Source of the DNA: an uncultured Pseudomonadota bacterium
Lineage (GTDB): Bacteria; Pseudomonadota; Gammaproteobacteria; Burkholderiales; SG8-39
Assembly (NCBI GenBank): GCA_963817785.1
Contig: CAWFPL010000007.1
Location: forward strand, 338,598 to 402,597
Length of the DNA: 64,000 nucleotides
Direction of reading: 5' to 3'
This document shows, one piece after another, positions 42,121 to 52,032 of the stretch; position 1 is the stretch's first letter; the number at the start of each line of letters is the position of its first letter. A program made the position numbers and the translations under genes. The notes beneath the pieces were generated by a model that had not been told where the DNA came from, made no database searches, and worked only from the letters and a program-made list of their open reading frames with translations.

Positions 42121-42378
42121 TTACTGGAGCGGGTATTCCTTGGCGCAGCGCTCACCATCCTTCGCGCCTTGTTGAGCAGACTCGTGTCTTGCGCTAACGG
42201 CCGCGATGCATTTGAGATAGTTCGTGCGCATCGCATCATTTTGGCTTTGGGTAGGCGCATCGCTGCGTGGCGCCTGGCTCGGAACGGCCGCCGCGGCCTT
42301 GCTGTCCGGGGCTTGCTTTCCGCAGCCGGCGCCTAAAAGCGTGACCCCGGCGACAAGGAGGATGGCAGTTGTTCTCAT
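42121..42378 (-). CDS. small lipoprotein (85 aa) on the opposite strand between virB5 and virB6
   Basis: Lipobox LLGAGC following a signal peptide. Confidence 0.55.
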   Translation of the reverse strand: MRTTAILLVAGVTLLGAGCGKQAPDSKAAAAVPSQAPRSDAPTQSQNDAMRTNYLKCIAAVSARHESAQQGAKDGERCAKEYPLQ

Positions 42379-42415
42379 TGATCTCCCCTATGCGTGATTT
42401 AGGAAGGACGGTGAG

Positions 42416-43771
42416 ATGATCCCACAGGCACACGGTTTGGCAAGTCCAGGCCAGGCAGCACAAGGAACTCGCTGCAAGCTTGCAGTTGCGATGGCGCAAA
42501 TCGTCGTGGCCGGGCTTGTGCTGTCGTTGCTTTCCGCGAGCGCGTGGGCGGCGGAAACCGGGACAGCGGCGACCGCAAGCAGCGGATTGCAAGCGGTGGA
42601 AGGGGCGCTGCAAAGCGTACAGGGCAACCTACAGGGTATCGGCTCGCAGCTATTCACTTATTTGGCGTTCATCGCAGTCGTATGGTGGGCTGCGCAACTG
42701 GTGCTGCTCGGCGGCGACTTCACGAATACCTTCGGCGGGTTCATGCGGACCGTGTTTATTTTGGGCTTCACTTACTTCCTCATGCTGCCGTATGCGGCCG
42801 GGCAAACGCCCCTGGTGTGGTTCGTGGACAAGCTCACCACCGCTGTCACGAGGACGCTCACGGGCAATCCCACCGGCGACGTCTCCGGCATTGCGAGCGG
42901 CGCCTTCAGCAATCTGTACGGGATGATCGGGCTGCTCATGCAAGCTCTGATGAAGCCGTTCAGCTCCTCGCACGGATTCCTGGCTGGAATGGAGGCGATC
43001 GGTGTGTTGTTCGCCAACCTCCCCATGGTGCTGTTCCTGGGCCTCGCGATCGTCTTTCTTTGGTTCGCTGGCATCACGCTTTTCGTGATGGCGACGATCG
43101 GGCTGATCATGTTCAAGGTCGCCGATGTGTTCGCGCCGCTCTTCGTCCCGTTTCTGGCCTTGCCCGTCGTCAGCTGGCTTTTCGATGGGTGGCTGCGGTT
43201 TCTGCTTTCGGCTTCGATGTACAAGATCGCCGGGGCCGTGATCCTGCTGCTAGGTAGTGCGGTCATGCAGAGCATGGTGCCGCTCCTGTTGTCGGGTACC
43301 ATGGATTGGGGCCAGGTGACGATAGGCGGCATGGTCGTGGCCGCGCTCGCGTTTTCCCTCCTGTACATCATGCTGCAACTACCAAACATCGCTCACGGCC
43401 TGATCAGCGGTCACGCCACGGTGCAGATGCAACGCATGATGGGCTCGGTCGCTCGCGGTGGACAGCTCGCGGCAGGGGCCACGCTCGCGGCGGCAGGCTC
43501 CGGGCCTAAGCTGATCGAGGCAGGAGTCAGTGCAGCGAAGGGCAGCATTGAAGCGGGCAGGGCCGCCGCCACGTACGCGCGCGGTGCCGTAACTGGGACG
43601 GCCATGGCCTATGCCGTCGGCGGGGTTGGGGGGGTGGCGAAGGCGACGGGCCAGTCCGGGCTGGACGGGACAGGACGCCTTGCAAGCGGCGCGCTGAGCA
43701 GCTATCGCAGGGCGAGCGAGGCGAGCCGGCGCACGGGCCTGAACATCATGTCGCGCGCGCGAAGAAGGTAG
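42416..43771 (+). CDS. virB6: T4SS inner-membrane protein VirB6/TrbL
   Basis: 451 aa with multiple TM helices and a Gly/Ala-rich C-terminus. AGGAAGGA lies 7 nt before the ATG. Confidence 0.75.
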   Translation: MIPQAHGLASPGQAAQGTRCKLAVAMAQIVVAGLVLSLLSASAWAAETGTAATASSGLQAVEGALQSVQGNLQGIGSQLFTYLAFIAVVWWAAQLVLLGGDFTNTFGGFMRTVFILGFTYFLMLPYAAGQTPLVWFVDKLTTAVTRTLTGNPTGDVSGIASGAFSNLYGMIGLLMQALMKPFSSSHGFLAGMEAIGVLFANLPMVLFLGLAIVFLWFAGITLFVMATIGLIMFKVADVFAPLFVPFLALPVVSWLFDGWLRFLLSASMYKIAGAVILLLGSAVMQSMVPLLLSGTMDWGQVTIGGMVVAALAFSLLYIMLQLPNIAHGLISGHATVQMQRMMGSVARGGQLAAGATLAAAGSGPKLIEAGVSAAKGSIEAGRAAATYARGAVTGTAMAYAVGGVGGVAKATGQSGLDGTGRLASGALSSYRRASEASRRTGLNIMSRARRR

Positions 43772-43817
43772 CCTCTAACTTGCGCCCCGGCCCCAAATCC
43801 GCTACGAGGAAAGCCAG

Positions 43818-44066
43818 ATGCGCCTCCCGCTCCCGATGCCAGAAGACCCTGAGCTCGGGTCATACATCGAGGCTCGCTACGCGAGCTCTCCGGAGCAATG
43901 GAGCGAGCTTGAGAAGCCCGCATTCCCGAGAACGCGCGACGGGTTCCTCGCGGCGCTGCACTTCTTCTACCAGAACAACCCGGTTTTTTTCATAGGCGGA
44001 TGGGTGATCACAGCGCTCGCGTTGGTGAACATCGCATATCGCGCGCTGAGCGCGGTCGTTGGCTGA
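43818..44066 (+). CDS. small membrane protein
   Basis: 82 aa, GC-rich third positions, one C-terminal TM helix. Confidence 0.45.
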   Translation: MRLPLPMPEDPELGSYIEARYASSPEQWSELEKPAFPRTRDGFLAALHFFYQNNPVFFIGGWVITALALVNIAYRALSAVVG

Positions 44067-44069
44067 GGA

Positions 44070-44270
44070 ATGTCGGGCCGCGCCGTGGCGAACGTGTTTG
44101 AACTGTGGGTCGACGAGAGCTGGCAACCGCGCATTACGCTGATGTCGGGCTGGGTCGTGCATGGTGTCTCGCTGATCGGTGGCACGGACGAGCGGCTTCG
44201 TGGCGCCGTCAACATGCTCGACGAGGTCAGTGCGCCTTCGCTTCGCATTCCGCCCGGGGAAGGGTGCTAG
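44070..44270 (+). CDS. small hypothetical protein
   Basis: 66-aa ORF starting 4 nt after the previous stop. Coding-like codon bias. Confidence 0.35.
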   Translation: MSGRAVANVFELWVDESWQPRITLMSGWVVHGVSLIGGTDERLRGAVNMLDEVSAPSLRIPPGEGC

Positions 44271-44636
44271 CGCGTCGCCATGCGTGCCTCGGGCAGCTTC
44301 AACATCCAGACACTGTAGGGTGTCATCTAAGACGTATCGCATCGCTACGGCTGTCTCATGCAGGGCTGCGATGGGTAGGCGCACGTAGTCAATAGGGCTT
44401 ACGAGTGCATCCTCAATCGCCACGGGTAACCACGTTTGCATTGGTTTGGGAGGCGCGACCAGCCGGTTTCGGCCACGAAGCGACGGTCGCCAGTGTTGCT
44501 TCGAACGACAGCCGTTCGGCCATTGCTGCCGCTTAGATCGGAAACATTGAGCGGCCGGTGTCCAGCTGCCTGCTGACGTTGGTTAAGATTGCAATTCGAA
44601 TTACCGCTTCTATGGAGCCGGAGGACGGCATCCGAC

Positions 44637-44858
44637 CGATACTGTTGAAAAAGTCCAAATCGGGAAGGCGCAAAAATGTCAGCGAATATTGATGCGATTC
44701 AAAATTCGGCGACGGTTGGCTCGTTGTGCTTATTAGAGGGCCCCAGGTCGAGATCTCGTACTGTCCGGGCATCCCCTCTAGCTGGACGCGCGCATCGTCG
44801 CCCATAACGGCTAGAAATTATCGACTCTCGGCGCAAGCACAGTTTTTCAACAGTATCG
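44637..44858. mobile_element. 222-bp miniature inverted-repeat element (MITE-like)
   Basis: Perfect 16-bp terminal inverted repeats CGATACTGTTGAAAAA / TTTTTCAACAGTATCG. The termini resemble those of the IS1182-like element at 56559..58168. Confidence 0.6.
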
Positions 44859-45027
44859 ACCTAGAGCTGACGTTCGGAGTATCAAGCCAGGCCCCAATAG
44901 TTCGATAGCTGGCTGCGCCGTCCGAGCGAGTTAGAAGGTCGGGGCACGCCACGACGGCACAGCCTTACGGTCGGACGGCCGCCGCACTATCATCCAGAGT
45001 AGACAACCGGCATAAGGCACCGGTCGG

Positions 45028-47718
45028 GTGTCTTTGCAGACGATGGGGGGAGACATGGGGAGCGCCAGGGAAGACTACGAGCACTTCGTGCGCTGGCTGC
45101 ACCAGCCCGACAGGCGCGTTCGAGAGGACGTTCTGCGCTTTGCCAACATGGTTCTGGCGGACTTCGAGCGTACCGCCGGGACCTTCCGCCAGCACAATAG
45201 CCGTTCAAACCATCTGGCGGTCCTCGCGCGCCGAGTTCTTGCCACGACATCTGCTGCTGTGCCAGAGGCACCGGCGCAGAACCCCGCACTACCTTGGCCT
45301 TGGAAGAGACTGCGGCAGCTCTCGGTTGGTCCGTTCAGGGGATTTCGACGAAACGAGTCGTTCGACCTGCAAAAGCGCGTGCTTCTTATCTACGGGCCGA
45401 ACGGCAGCGGTAAGAGCAGTCTGTGCGAGGCGTTGGAGCACACGCTCCTCGGAACGGTGCAGGAAGCTGAGGCCAGACGCATCGAGGCCCAGCAGTACTT
45501 CGCAAACATCCATGCCCGACGCTTCGTCGCGCCACGGCTCACGGCAACGGATCATGGCGACCAGGAAATCGTCGTAGCGGCGAATCCCGACACTTATCGT
45601 TTCTGCTTCGTCGAAAAGAATCGCATCGAAGCATTTGCGCGGATGGCTGCTCGGCCACCCGCCACGAGGACCGAGCTCATCGCCACGCTGTTTGGCATGG
45701 AGAAATTTAACGACTTTGCGAGTCACTTCAACGAATCGATGGATGCGGCGCTGGTTTGCGACGCCGAGAACGAGCGTGCATTGACCAGCCGCCGGCAAGT
45801 TCTCGCCCGCGACCAGCAAACCGTCGCCGCCGAGCAAGCGTCCTTGATGAAGCTCAACCAGGGGGAAGCGACATTCGCCGAGGGCTGCCGGCCAGGCACG
45901 TCCTATGTCGATCTCAAGGCGTGGATTGGTACTCCGGAAGCGCCCGGACGCCTGCAGGAGCTTGACGGCATCCTGAACGTCGTTCCGCCGGCGGTCGTGG
46001 GGATCACACGCGAGGGATTGGCCAATCGCTATACGGCAGCGGACGGCGCAGCGGACCGCTTGGGAACAGCGACCAGACAGCTCGAGGCAAGAAGCCACCA
46101 GGTTTCCTTCAAGGACCTTTACACCGCAGTGCTCGCCTTGCAAGCGGCCCATGAAGACCGATGCCCTGCGTGCGACACCCCGCTGAATGCCGTTACCACT
46201 GATCCGTACCAGAAGGCAACGGCGGGTCTACGGGATCTCCGCGATCTTGCCGCACTGCAGGAAGAGGCCGCGCGTTGTCGCCAACAGCTGGATGAGGCAT
46301 CACGATCCTTGCGTGTGGACCTCAATATCGCGTTCGCTTCGATGACTCAGAACGAGCAGAACACGACGCCCGTGGGGCGCTATATCGCCGGACTGGATCA
46401 AGCACCACGCGGTGATCGCTGGTGGCAGGACGTCTACGCTCCAATAAGAGGTGACGGCCGGGAAGTGGAGCCGGCGTCGCTGGAGCAAGTGCTGGAAATC
46501 GCGTCGCGCATCGAGCTACGGGATCAGGAGATTCAACGTCAGGTTCAGGAACGTCAGGCACTCGTCCAAGAACGGGATACGCTGCTATTGTGGCAGCGTC
46601 AGATTCTGGAGCGGGACCTCGCCCGCAAATCCGCTGTGGATGAGATCGCCGCGGCCCGAGGACGTATCGCGCGATTTGACGAAGAAAATTCGGGTCTTAT
46701 TCAGCGGGCTGCCCAAGAACGTCAGAACATCGAGCGGGATCGCCCCATTAAGGTGGCGTACGACCAGTTTCTACCGATGCTGCGGTGCTTTAGGAACGAA
46801 CTGCCCGGCTTGCTGATGGAGGGCCTCAACGATCTCGCGAGAGACCTTTACAACGAATTCAACCAGCACGATCCCGAAGCGGACAAATTCGCCTCGCTGC
46901 ACCTTCCCCTAACGGGCGAACAGCGCATCGATATCGCATTTCGTGGCGACCCACAGCGTCGCCTCGACGCCCTGGTGATTCTGAGTGAGGGACATATTCG
47001 ATGTCTCGGACTTGCAATCCTGATGGCGAAGGCGATCAGCACTGGCTGCTCGCTGATCATATTCGACGATGCGATCAACGCCATCGACCATGACCATCGG
47101 AGCGGTATTCGGCAGACTATTTTCGAGAGCGATCGTTTTCGGGAGATTCAGCTCGTCGTCACCTGCCACAGCGGTGAGTTCATCAAGGACATCCACAATC
47201 ATTTGCCGCAGTACAGCCGAAACGATTGGACGGAGTATGTCATCAGCCACCACGCCGGCGACTATCATCCACAGGTGGTCTCGAACACAATGAGCCGAAA
47301 CTACGTGGAGCGGGCGCGAGTCGCCAAGAACGCATTGGACGACCGCGAGGCGCTTTCCTGCGGTCGCAGAGCACTGGAAATGCTATCCAACAAGGTCTGG
47401 AAATGGCTCGCGTCCTTCGGCCGCGGCGAACTGCGATTGGAACTGAGAGGTCCGGGAGCCGAGCCGTCGCTGCGAGATCTCTGCGAAGCGCTGCGTACAA
47501 GATTGAACGACAATACCTTCGTGCATCCGGAGAAGGATTCGATTGTCGATGCCCTGAATCTCATACTGGGAATTCCGGCACAAAACCTTATTTGGACCTA
47601 TCTCAACAAGGGCACGCACGAACGCGCCGATCGCGACGATTTCGACGCAGCGCATGTCGAAAGCGTAATTGCCACACTTGAACATCTCAACGACCTTCGG
47701 CTACGTCGCGCTGCATAG
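45028..47718 (+). CDS. Rad50/SbcC-like ABC (SMC-type) ATPase with CxxC hook and extra C-terminal domain
   Basis: Walker A GPNGSGKS, long coiled-coil insert containing RCPACD, signature-like LSEGH, Walker B LIIFDDAINAID, H-loop VVTCHS. Alternative ATG starts at 45043 and 45055. Confidence 0.7.
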   Translation: MSLQTMGGDMGSAREDYEHFVRWLHQPDRRVREDVLRFANMVLADFERTAGTFRQHNSRSNHLAVLARRVLATTSAAVPEAPAQNPALPWPWKRLRQLSVGPFRGFRRNESFDLQKRVLLIYGPNGSGKSSLCEALEHTLLGTVQEAEARRIEAQQYFANIHARRFVAPRLTATDHGDQEIVVAANPDTYRFCFVEKNRIEAFARMAARPPATRTELIATLFGMEKFNDFASHFNESMDAALVCDAENERALTSRRQVLARDQQTVAAEQASLMKLNQGEATFAEGCRPGTSYVDLKAWIGTPEAPGRLQELDGILNVVPPAVVGITREGLANRYTAADGAADRLGTATRQLEARSHQVSFKDLYTAVLALQAAHEDRCPACDTPLNAVTTDPYQKATAGLRDLRDLAALQEEAARCRQQLDEASRSLRVDLNIAFASMTQNEQNTTPVGRYIAGLDQAPRGDRWWQDVYAPIRGDGREVEPASLEQVLEIASRIELRDQEIQRQVQERQALVQERDTLLLWQRQILERDLARKSAVDEIAAARGRIARFDEENSGLIQRAAQERQNIERDRPIKVAYDQFLPMLRCFRNELPGLLMEGLNDLARDLYNEFNQHDPEADKFASLHLPLTGEQRIDIAFRGDPQRRLDALVILSEGHIRCLGLAILMAKAISTGCSLIIFDDAINAIDHDHRSGIRQTIFESDRFREIQLVVTCHSGEFIKDIHNHLPQYSRNDWTEYVISHHAGDYHPQVVSNTMSRNYVERARVAKNALDDREALSCGRRALEMLSNKVWKWLASFGRGELRLELRGPGAEPSLRDLCEALRTRLNDNTFVHPEKDSIVDALNLILGIPAQNLIWTYLNKGTHERADRDDFDAAHVESVIATLEHLNDLRLRRAA

Positions 47719-47940
47719 GTAGCTACGAATCGAGCCACTACGTCGCGCCCTTTGCTGAATAGAGCCCTGGCTCAATTTCTCAAGTGTCGGCTTCTTGCCG
47801 GGAGCGCCCGTTGAGTAGAGCGCTGCAAAGCAGACCTACGTCAATCCACCTGTTTTGCCATCGTCCGCTCTCAGCGGATGCGGGGAACCGCCGCTTTCGG
47901 CCGTGAACGGACTTCCGAGCCGACCTTCGGCCATGAGAGA

Positions 47941-48179
47941 TTAGCCCTTGAGTATATGAGCAAGGACAAACTCCGGAAACTCCTGCAGCAGTGCGTCTAA
48001 GCGATCCTGCGCCCCCACACGGTAGTAGATGTCGTCGATCAGGGCGTCGAAACGCTCAACAGCTGTGGAGCTGGCCGCACCGAGAGAGAGAGAGCTCGAA
48101 CATCGATAATGTGAGCGCGCGTCACCGGCGCATTCTTGATCGATGGAAAGTTCTCAACGATAATTCGCGCAATTCGCAT
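47941..48179 (-). pseudogene. remnant of an ATPase gene (N-terminal and C-terminal stumps only)
   Basis: ATG lies 10 nt after the upstream stop. MRIARIIVENFPSIKN is the usual N-terminus of OLD/AAA_15-type ATPases but no Walker A follows. A (GA)n run sits at the junction, and the tail is in another frame. Confidence 0.4.
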
Positions 48180-49480
48180 AACAGCGTCCTAGTCGTCGAC
48201 ATCGCTAAATATGGATCGCCCCTTCGGCGCTGCAGCGACCTTTGCTGGTGAAATGTTCGACCAAAAACCAACATCTTCCTCGGGGGCTTTCTTATTGGAA
48301 ACGTCTGCTATGGCGTCGTCGATCTGGCCACTTAGTAAATCCAGCATGTTTTGAACAGTCGCGTCGTCCGAAAACGCTTCTTGCAATTGCTCAACAAAGT
48401 TCCGGACCTGGTCAAATTGGTTTGGTATATCAAACTCTGGATCAGCTTCATCTGCAAGTTCCGATATGCGGTCCGAAACAACGCTGTCGAGTGTGGCCAC
48501 CAGCTGGACTCCTAGTCGTATAAGTTGAGTGGGCCGAAGGAGCGCCAGGATGTCGTCGTCACTCAAGAAGGAGGCGTCAAGGTCGTTAAGCGCGGCCCGT
48601 TCGAGTTTGTCTGCCATTTCAAAGCGAATCTCCTCCGGCAGTCGGTGCAGATTGTGAACGCGTGCGAGAAAGCGCAGCCGCCGGTCACTGGCGATTCGCC
48701 AAAAGTGTTGGTGTTGAGCCTCACGTCGAAACAAAATTGAGTCTGCACCCAAAATGGCGGTGACCACTGTGTCTGATGCGCGGTTTGTTAAGAACTCAAG
48801 CAGAGGTCCATTGATTTCAGGCACGTCGGGCACCCCAATCAAACGACCAACTAAGTGCTCAAATGCCGACAGCGGAATAACAACAGCATCGCGAATCGAT
48901 TCGGCACCTTCGCATACGGCTTCGGCAAGCAATGTCTCGAGCTTCGCCCCCTGAACATATAGTTCCACTAGGTCGGAACGCGCGCTTAGCATGCTACTGA
49001 TAGCATCGGTGAACGTGGGGTGCACGAAGCCCCAGATCTGCTGAGAATCGTCTTGGCGAACCGATACAAATGACCCCTTCAACTGCGGTAGCGCATCAGC
49101 AATCGCGCGCGCAGTGACGCCGTACTTTTCGGCGACCAGGCTCGTCGAATCGCTAGCGAGGTCATGCGCCGGCAGCCTTCCTTGGCGAAGGAAGACAAGG
49201 GTCATGGCCGCTTGGTGCGGCTCGTCCAACTCTCGGATCGTTTGAACCAAGAACTCTGCCGGTTCTGCGACAAACTTGATCAAGTCATCAGGAAAGCTTT
49301 TCAGCGCTTTGGTATAGGTGCGATCGCCCAAGCGACGTGCAATCTCCGGCAGCAGCCGCGAATTTCCGGCTAATGCAGGTAGGTGGGCCTTTATCCGGCG
49401 CTTCCAAGCAGCTGTTTGATTCCCCGCCTTCAAATGGTTATAGATGATCTGCTCGCGTTCTTCTGGGCTTAATGAACCTA

Positions 49481-50583
49481 TTGAGTATTTCCTAACCTCG
49501 TGACAACCGAATTGTTCCTCATGCGTTACTCGGGTGTTGGCATAACATCGGAGTTTGCGCATGAAGACGAAGAACAAAATCGATGCCGGGGCGAAGCGCC
49601 GGGTGCGGGCGGCGCGGCTGCTTCAGGCCGGTCACGCTCCCGCGCAGGTGGCTGCTATGGTGGGCGCGCCGCGCCAGACGGTATACCGCTGGAAGGGCGT
49701 GCTGGAGTCCGAGGGAATCGATGCGCTTCGGAGCGTGAGCAAGGGCGGGCGTCCCGCCCGACTCGGTGCCGAGGAACTGTCCAAGCTGCAAGTAGCTTTG
49801 CTCGAAGGCCCGACGGCGCACGGCTTTGGCACGTCGCTCTGGACGATCAAGCGGGTGCGCGTGTTTATCGAGCGGCGCTTCGGCGTTCACTACAGCGAGG
49901 TTCATGTCTGGCGGTTGCTCGGGCAGTTGGGCTTCTCCAGCCAGAAGCCCGATCGGCGTGCGCTGGAGCGCGATGATGTGGCCATCGAGCATTGGAAGCG
50001 GCACACCTGGCCCGGGCTTAAAAAAAAGCCCGCCGCGAGGACCGGCTGATCGTCTTCATCGACGAATCGGGCCTGTCGCAGCGCCCCACACGGGTGCGCA
50101 CCTGGGCGGTGAGAGGCGAGACTCCGGTGCTCCAGTTCTGCTTCAACTGGGACCACGTCTCGGTGATCGCCGGAATGCACTATCGCGGCGTGTGCTTTCG
50201 GCTTCACGAAGGCTCGGTCAAGAAAGAGCAGGTCCTCGAGTTCCTCAAGGCGCTCAAAGCCCACTATCGCCGCCGGCTTCTCATCTTGTGGGATGGAGGC
50301 AGACCTCACCGCAGTCGCTTGGTGCGCGACTACGTGGACTCGACCGACGGCGACATCCAGCTCGAGTTCCTGCCCGGCTACGCCCCGGAACTCAACCCCG
50401 TGGAGTACCTCTGGGCTTGGCTCAAGCGCCATGCGCTGGCGAACTTCTGCCCCGAGACGTTGAGCGAACTCCAGCACACCGCTCGCGGCAAGCTGAAATC
50501 CGCCCAACGGCGCTCCGCCATCATCGCCTCCTGCTGGGAACAGGCTCAACTGTTCTAATGTCATGCGGTTAGGTAATACTCAA
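49481..50583 (+). mobile_element. IS630-family insertion sequence, copy 1 (1103 bp, TA target duplication)
   Basis: Imperfect terminal inverted repeats TTGAGTATTTCCTAACC... / ...GGTTAGGTAATACTCAA, flanked by TA on both sides. Confidence 0.9.
49561..50558 (+). CDS. IS630-family transposase, two frames joined by a -1 shift at an A8 run
   Basis: The HTH part ends just after CTTAAAAAAAAG. The DDE part (LIVFIDESG...LPGYAPELNPVEYLW) continues in the -1 frame. Confidence 0.85.
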
Positions 50584-52004
50584 TAGATCGACTACGGCCC
50601 TGTCATCTGCTAGAACGGGCAAATTCCTCGTACCCAGTTTCGGTTTCGCGCCATGCCAGATGTGGCTCCGAGAGGTCAGAATGAATCGGTTTCCGGACTC
50701 AATCGCCGCCTTCACCTTTGGCATCGCGTTGATCCAACAATCGACAAAATCCGATCTGAGTTGATTTGGTCCGAACGCATCGTCGACCCAGTAGAGTCGA
50801 TTCTTCTCGTGCGGATTCCATCGACTGGCTAGTTCGAGGGGGCCGTCACACTTCAGACATTGATGGTGCTCGCCGTCGATTGCAGTCGTTGACAGGATCG
50901 CGGCGAGCATGGACTTTCCAGTCGCGGGTGCCCCCAGAAGCAGAACGATCTTGTGTTCTGCCAACATACGGACGGCGGTGCGATGGGCGGCAGTTGGTAC
51001 GTAGACACGCAGGCCTGGTTGCAGGTGTCCCAGAAGGGCTTGCGTTTGCTGCGTGCATCTTTCATCAAGGATCGTCGATAAGTCCCCCAAGCCATATACA
51101 CATGGCACCAAGGCTCGCAATCGAGCGCTGCCTCGGATCTGTAGCGTCACCCACTCTCGACCGAGTACATGGGGCTCACGAACGCCCGCTTCGACAAGTT
51201 TGTCTCGGATTTGCGCAGCGACAGGGGCATCGACTCCCAAGCTCGTAATGAGATAGTACGTCTCTGCTCGTCTCGCGGCCACCAACTCGCGAACCGTAGC
51301 CAACTCTGCATCAATAGCAGTTGCACGCAGCCGCTGGTCGGCCTTGCCGCTAAACTTGCACTGAACGGTGGCTTCAGAGCCCGTTTGGTCAGAGCCTGCC
51401 TTTCGCAATTGGAAGACGGCGTCTTGCCCACCGTCCTGGGCCTCGCGGTAGATCGAGACTGTTGTACCCAATGTCTCCGCGCATACCTGCGCGCAGAGAT
51501 CTTGAAATGCCTTCCACCCAAGCGTGTGAATGGCTAGATCAACGTTGGCGCCTTGTACCTGCACTTCAGCCTCCGGCCTTCATGCTGGAATGGATGGACT
51601 AGAAATCTGCGTGTTTGCAATCTGGGACATAGGTCGCGGTACGCTCCGTGGGCAGGCAAACACAGCGCCGTTCAGCTAAATGGCCCTTCCAAGTCATTTA
51701 ATCACCGAACAGCCGAAACGCCCAGACCCTCTCGACCTGAATGTTCGCAGCCTGCAGCGCCAGGCGCACGGACTCGGCATCGGGCGCCCGGTAAAGGCTG
51801 ATCATTCGCCGGCGGTCGGACGACAGGTAGCGCCATAAGTGTGCCAAGGGCAATCAGCATTTTTCAGAGTGTCGCAATTTGCCTCCCCTGATCCCCGTAA
51901 AATCGCAAATGGCCGAATCAGCGGGGCGGATCGCCCAGTCACCGCCAACTGCGGCATTCTACTTTTCAGTGGCTCCTTTCTGGAAACGCGGCAGGCTACT
52001 TCGG

Positions 52005-52032
52005 GTCGCTATGCGGAGCTCCGCATAGCGAC
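52005..52032. repeat. perfect 28-bp palindrome
   Basis: GTCGCTATGCGGAG|CTCCGCATAGCGAC, anchored on track ORF 51839..52120. Confidence 0.85.

Larger units (their letters stand above)
48189..51564 (-). pseudogene. PD-(D/E)xK (Mrr-like) nuclease / P-loop NTPase / helical-repeat protein, interrupted by IS630-family element
   Basis: N-terminal part 50584..51564 carries GGQD...VQCK and Walker A GAPATGKS. C-terminal part is 48189..49480. Removing 49481..50583 plus one TA restores a 756-codon ORF (...VVDL-GSLSPEEREQ...). Confidence 0.8.

Noticed and set aside
43860-44530. Minus-strand ORF (193 aa) and a 36-codon ORF upstream of it
   Set aside because: Most of the long ORF is antisense to two plus-strand genes with better codon bias. 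The 5' part (44271-44441) may be a gene remnant, but no family was recognised.
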